Assembly: GCA_963801815.1 (NCBI GenBank)
Contig: CAWDGJ010000003.1
Span: 32,001 to 96,000, forward strand
DNA from: an uncultured Verrucomicrobiae bacterium
Lineage (GTDB): Bacteria > Verrucomicrobiota > Verrucomicrobiia > Chthoniobacterales > UBA10450
Direction of reading: 5' to 3'
Length of the DNA stretch: 64,000 nucleotides
A model generated the notes under the pieces. The model had not been told where the DNA came from. It did not search any database and worked only from the letters and a program-made list of their open reading frames with translations. This document shows, piece after piece, positions 56,416-64,000 of the stretch; the first letter of the stretch is position 1; every line of letters starts with the position of its first letter. Made by a program: the position numbers and the translations under genes.

Positions 56416-57969
56416 CTATTTTTTATAACTTAGGGAATCTTTTCCTAAAACCGGTGTGATTTCTCGCGGTCCTCCCCAGCGGAATGTCACTGCCGCGCTA
56501 ACGATATCGACTGCAGCGTCAAACTTTCCGCGAAGCTCGTGTCCCTGGTTATCCGTGACATCCACTCCCGGATCCTGAACGAACAAGTGCGCGTAGCCGA
56601 CATCGATGTCCATGTAATTGGTAGGCGACCAACGGAAACCGGTGCCCAGAAAAATGCGATCGTTATCAGGAATGCGCGGTGTTCGGAACTCGTTGCTAGC
56701 AATCGGCGTCTCGTCGTAGGCGACTCCGAAGCGCGCCGTGACATTTTTGCAGGCATACCACTCGAAACCTCCTGCGACGCGGACGCTGTCGTCATATTTA
56801 ATTTGAAGAACGCTCGAAGGCGTCGTCGGATTTGAAAATACAATCGGCACTTGTTGCAGCCGGCTCCACTCGGTCCAAGTGACGTCGCCGAGGAAGGCGA
56901 ACTGGCGCTCGAACCGCTGATAAAGGCTAACGTGAAGAATTGAAGGCAAGTCGAGTTGTGCTGTCGCGTCTTGATTGAAAAAGATGCTTTGAAAGAGACC
57001 GGGAACTGGAAACTGGACGGGCGCGCCGGGTGCGGTGATTAACGGGACTCGGCGGAATTCGGCGTCGCCTTCAATGGTGTGATCGATGGCGGATCGGAAG
57101 CTCACGCCGAAGCGTCCGTCTTGAAAAAACGATTGCTCGTCACCTTTCATGTATTCAAGCAGGGCTCCAAGAGTGAAGCCCACGGCCCAATCGTTTCCTT
57201 GCACTTCAGAAACACCATCGCGGCCGCCCGGAAAGAAACCGGCGTTCAAGTAAGCTGCCTCGGTTGGTGCGACGAGAAGTGGCGGAAGGGCGCCGAAGAA
57301 TTGAGCGAGCGGCTGTTGAGAAGCGAGACCAAAATCGATTGCCTGCGTCAATCGCGCCGAGACGTATTGAATATCCAAGCCGGCACCCAACGACAATCTG
57401 TCCCAAATCCGATATGCGACTGTGGGCTGAATATCGAGAGTCGTCAGTTTCGTCCGCAGCGCTTGATATCGTCCAACCCACTCCGGGCTGTAGTCCGTCT
57501 CCAGCCCGAACGGCGCCGTTACGCCGATGCCCAACGTGAGATCACCGTACTTCGAACCGCGAAGAACAGGCTGCGTTAAATAGAGATTCGGCAGAACATG
57601 GGCAACGCCTCCGTCGCCGTCGTTTCCGCCACTCAACGGCAGGCCATTGAATGGCGTGCCCGGCAAATTGTAGCGGGAGCCTTCATTGCTGAAGGTCGCA
57701 CTTGGGAATAGTCCGTGCGCACCGAGTTGTAATTCTCCCTGGTCGAGAAGGACAATGCCGGCCGGATTGAAGAATAACGTTGATGCGTCCTCGGCCTGTG
57801 CGGCGCCGCCCGCGTATGCAGTGCCGAGACCGCTGACGCTCTGTTCGTTCAATGCAAAACTCCCCGCCTCCGCGACCAGCGGAACCCCGAGGGCAACGAT
57901 TCCGAAAAAGAAACGGATTGTGGAGGTGGGCACGAGCTCACGAGTTAATGCACCCGGTCGGCCGAACAC
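56416..57969 (-). CDS. OmpP1/FadL-family outer-membrane transporter; start uncertain
   Basis: FALNEQSVSGLGTAYAGGAAQAEDASTLFFNPAG, PFGLETDY, IPDNDR. Confidence 0.9.
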   Translation of the reverse strand: MFGRPGALTRELVPTSTIRFFFGIVALGVPLVAEAGSFALNEQSVSGLGTAYAGGAAQAEDASTLFFNPAGIVLLDQGELQLGAHGLFPSATFSNEGSRYNLPGTPFNGLPLSGGNDGDGGVAHVLPNLYLTQPVLRGSKYGDLTLGIGVTAPFGLETDYSPEWVGRYQALRTKLTTLDIQPTVAYRIWDRLSLGAGLDIQYVSARLTQAIDFGLASQQPLAQFFGALPPLLVAPTEAAYLNAGFFPGGRDGVSEVQGNDWAVGFTLGALLEYMKGDEQSFFQDGRFGVSFRSAIDHTIEGDAEFRRVPLITAPGAPVQFPVPGLFQSIFFNQDATAQLDLPSILHVSLYQRFERQFAFLGDVTWTEWSRLQQVPIVFSNPTTPSSVLQIKYDDSVRVAGGFEWYACKNVTARFGVAYDETPIASNEFRTPRIPDNDRIFLGTGFRWSPTNYMDIDVGYAHLFVQDPGVDVTDNQGHELRGKFDAAVDIVSAAVTFRWGGPREITPVLGKDSLSYKK

Positions 57970-57997
57970 AATCCGAAAACTCGCGCGCGCCGGCGGA

Positions 57998-61953
<3,956 letters not shown>

Positions 61954-62042
61954 AACGTGGGTCTGCGCCGTCCAATTTTTGGCACGCGCGACCGCGCATA
62001 GTAAAACGAATTAAGATCAACAACCTCAACTGAAAGGAAGTT

Positions 62043-62192
62043 ATGCTTTGGACTATCTTTGTTATTCTGCTGATTCTTTGGCTACTTGGTTTTGTCGGCT
62101 TCCACGTATTGGGCGCTTACATCCACATTCTGCTTTTGATCGCCCTGGTGATTCTCATTCTGCAATTGATTGGCGGCCGGCGACCGTTGTAG
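62043..62192 (+). CDS. lmo0937/DUF5670-family small membrane protein (49 aa, not in the ORF track)
   Basis: MLWTIFVILLILWLLGFVGFHVLGAYIHILLLIALVILILQLIGGRRPL*, with an AAGGAAG RBS. Confidence 0.85.
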   Translation: MLWTIFVILLILWLLGFVGFHVLGAYIHILLLIALVILILQLIGGRRPL

Positions 62193-62202
62193 CATCGCGG
62201 TT

Positions 62203-62423
62203 GTGAAACCAACTGGACTCATTGGCGTAATTCTCATCATCGTTGGAATTGTCGGTTTTGCCTGGGGCGGCCTTCATTGGTCCACGGAGAAAAAGATGCC
62301 CAGATTGGTCCGCTCGAAATCAAGCACACCGAGAATCAGGGCATTAACTTTCCGCCGATTGTCAGCGGCATTTGTCTGGTCGGCGGGATTGCCTTGGTCG
62401 CCCTCGGCGCACGTAAGACTTAA
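62203..62423 (+). CDS. Small two-TM membrane protein (DUF3185-like); frameshift in the A-run at ~62290
   Basis: IGVILIIVGIVGFAWGG…EK/DAQIGPLEI…PPIVSGICLVGGIALV. Confidence 0.6.
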
Positions 62424-62467
62424 CAGGACTGTTTACTTCCAGAAATCGCTCTGATTGAATTTGTTCC

Positions 62468-63808
62468 GTGGCCGAATCAATCAATCGGCGCGCGATTAGC
62501 TGGCTTCGCGGCCAACTCCCCGAATTGGTCGCAGCCGGTGCGATCTCTTCTGAGAACGCGGCCGCGATTGAGCGGCATTACGGACCGGTCGAATCGCGGA
62601 CGAATTTTGGTTTCATAATCCTCGCTACCGTCGGCGCAGCGCTTGTGGGCGCGGGAATCATTCTTCTCATCGCGCATAATTGGGACGATCTTAGTCGGGC
62701 GACGCGCACCGCGATCGCATTCGCTCCTTTGCTGATCGCGCAAGCGTTAGTTGTGTTTGTGATGATACGGCGAGACGAATCGCGCCCCTGGCGTGAAGCT
62801 GTCGCGCTCTTTGATGTCGCCGCCGTCGCAACCGCGATCTCGCTGATCAGCCAAACGTTTCAAATTCAAGGAACGCTCGAGTCGTTCATGCGCATTTGGC
62901 TGATTCTCAGTATTCCGATTGTTTATCTCTTGCGAACGACGCTCGGAGCCGTCCTCTATGCTATCGGCACAATCGTCTGGCTTTTCAATCGCTGGACTTT
63001 TTTCGGCGCCCCACAAAGTCCTAATTTTTTCTGGCTGTTGTTCGTCCTGGTCATTCCTTATTTCCTGATCCGGTATCGGGAGAAGCGTGACAGTCATGAA
63101 ACTGCCACGCTCGCGATTGTTCTGGCCTTGGCATCGATCATTGCTCTGGGATTTACAGCGGAGTACGCAAAAGCGGATCTCGGCGGCGTCGGCTTCGCCG
63201 GCCTGATGGCGACAATTTATGTCGTGGGCATCAAAATTTTTCCCCGCACGGATGAGCGCTTGTCTGCGCTGGCGCTTCTCGGTGGCGTCGGGATCGGCGT
63301 TACCGCGATTGTTTTGAGTTTTGAATCGACCTGGCACATGTCATCGCGCGAGGTGGAATGGGCAAAACGTAGCGGCGACGCGAATCTAGCGCTGGCTATC
63401 GAACTTTTGTTTCCGCTCGCGGCGGTGTGTCTGGCGGCTTGGGGTTTCTTTCGCAAGCAACGGCGATTTAGTGTCTCGGCCGCCGCTTTTCCAATCATTG
63501 CCGCTCTCGCGTGGGTGATTACGAATTTGTGCGACTACGCGAATACAAGCACGCGTTGCTCGTTTGCGGCAGCGACGTTCATCAACTGCTACACATTATT
63601 GCTCGGCATCGACATTCTTTCCCGCGGCATTCGCACGAACAGCCTTGCTCGCGCAAACTTCGGCCTTGTCCTCATCGCTGCGCTCGCGGTCAGCCGTTTC
63701 TTCGATAGCGATCTCAGTTTTATCACACGCGGACTCGGCTTTATCGCTGTTGGCGGGGGATTTCTTGTCGCCAATGTTCTCTTATTCAAGAAACGGGCTG
63801 CGGCATGA
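62468..63808 (+). CDS. DUF2157-family multi-pass membrane protein
   Basis: WL..QLPELV.AGAIS…HYG; GAALVGAGIILLIAHNWDDL; LISQTFQI. Confidence 0.8.
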   Translation: MAESINRRAISWLRGQLPELVAAGAISSENAAAIERHYGPVESRTNFGFIILATVGAALVGAGIILLIAHNWDDLSRATRTAIAFAPLLIAQALVVFVMIRRDESRPWREAVALFDVAAVATAISLISQTFQIQGTLESFMRIWLILSIPIVYLLRTTLGAVLYAIGTIVWLFNRWTFFGAPQSPNFFWLLFVLVIPYFLIRYREKRDSHETATLAIVLALASIIALGFTAEYAKADLGGVGFAGLMATIYVVGIKIFPRTDERLSALALLGGVGIGVTAIVLSFESTWHMSSREVEWAKRSGDANLALAIELLFPLAAVCLAAWGFFRKQRRFSVSAAAFPIIAALAWVITNLCDYANTSTRCSFAAATFINCYTLLLGIDILSRGIRTNSLARANFGLVLIAALAVSRFFDSDLSFITRGLGFIAVGGGFLVANVLLFKKRAAA

Positions 63809-64000
63809 GGAACTTGCGCCTTATCATTTTCATTCTCGTGGCGCTGGCGCAGTTGGCGGTGCCTGCATCGATTGTCTGGACGCGCGGCCAAACTCTCGCG
63901 TATGGGCGCGTCTGGAAATTCAAAACTGAGCCGGTCGATCCCACAGATGCGTTTCGCGGGCGCTACATTGCCTTGCGCTTCGCAGCAGAAAAGGCGAGAG
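63805..64000 (+). CDS. GDYXXLXY-domain protein (3'-truncated by the window edge)
   Basis: MRNLRLIIFILVALAQLAVP…KTEPVDPTDAFRGRYIALRF; usual partner of DUF2157. Confidence 0.8.
   Translation, partial: MRNLRLIIFILVALAQLAVPASIVWTRGQTLAYGRVWKFKTEPVDPTDAFRGRYIALRFAAEKAR

Overview
This 64 kb window is bacterial chromosomal DNA, most likely from a soil Verrucomicrobium (Spartobacteria/Chthoniobacterales-like). The evidence is a VPDSG-CTERM sorting protein, two perfect TGTTC-N4-GAACA boxes matching the Verrucomicrobia LexA motif, and overall gene content. The left ~20 kb is accessory- and stress-rich. It holds a LuxR regulator, an RHS/YD polymorphic toxin with a His...Cys papain-like tip and a candidate immunity gene, a RelE/ParE-like toxin-antitoxin pair, and a split SOS mutagenesis locus. 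That locus has an N-terminally shortened imuB and dnaE2, each with its own LexA box, with a thioester-motif VPDSG-CTERM gene between them. The rest is mostly housekeeping: gnd, moaE, pgsA, maf, a TetR-HlyD-ABC efflux operon, bcp, an OLD-family nuclease, a serpin, trpD, birA, nadC, guaD, glgX, ftsH, an ECF sigma/anti-sigma/HtrA-like operon, FadL, ligA, a kinase-MurQ fusion, tRNA-Gly(TCC) and tRNA-Lys(TTT). The most striking unexplained signal is a ~21-nt hairpin micro-element, (AAT)GCCAGTCCG-GCT-CGGAC(C/T). It is inserted repeatedly into REP-like hairpins, a heptamer repeat and copies of itself, one copy shows a compensatory stem change, and it is concentrated inside the imuB and dnaE2 coding regions. 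A candidate ~80-nt ECF-sigma-dependent sRNA with an anti-SD loop and a catalytically dead HtrA-like protein are also noted. Many single-base frameshifts, mostly in 0-29 kb, look like long-read consensus errors rather than real pseudogenes. All family calls come from motif recognition by eye; no searches were run.
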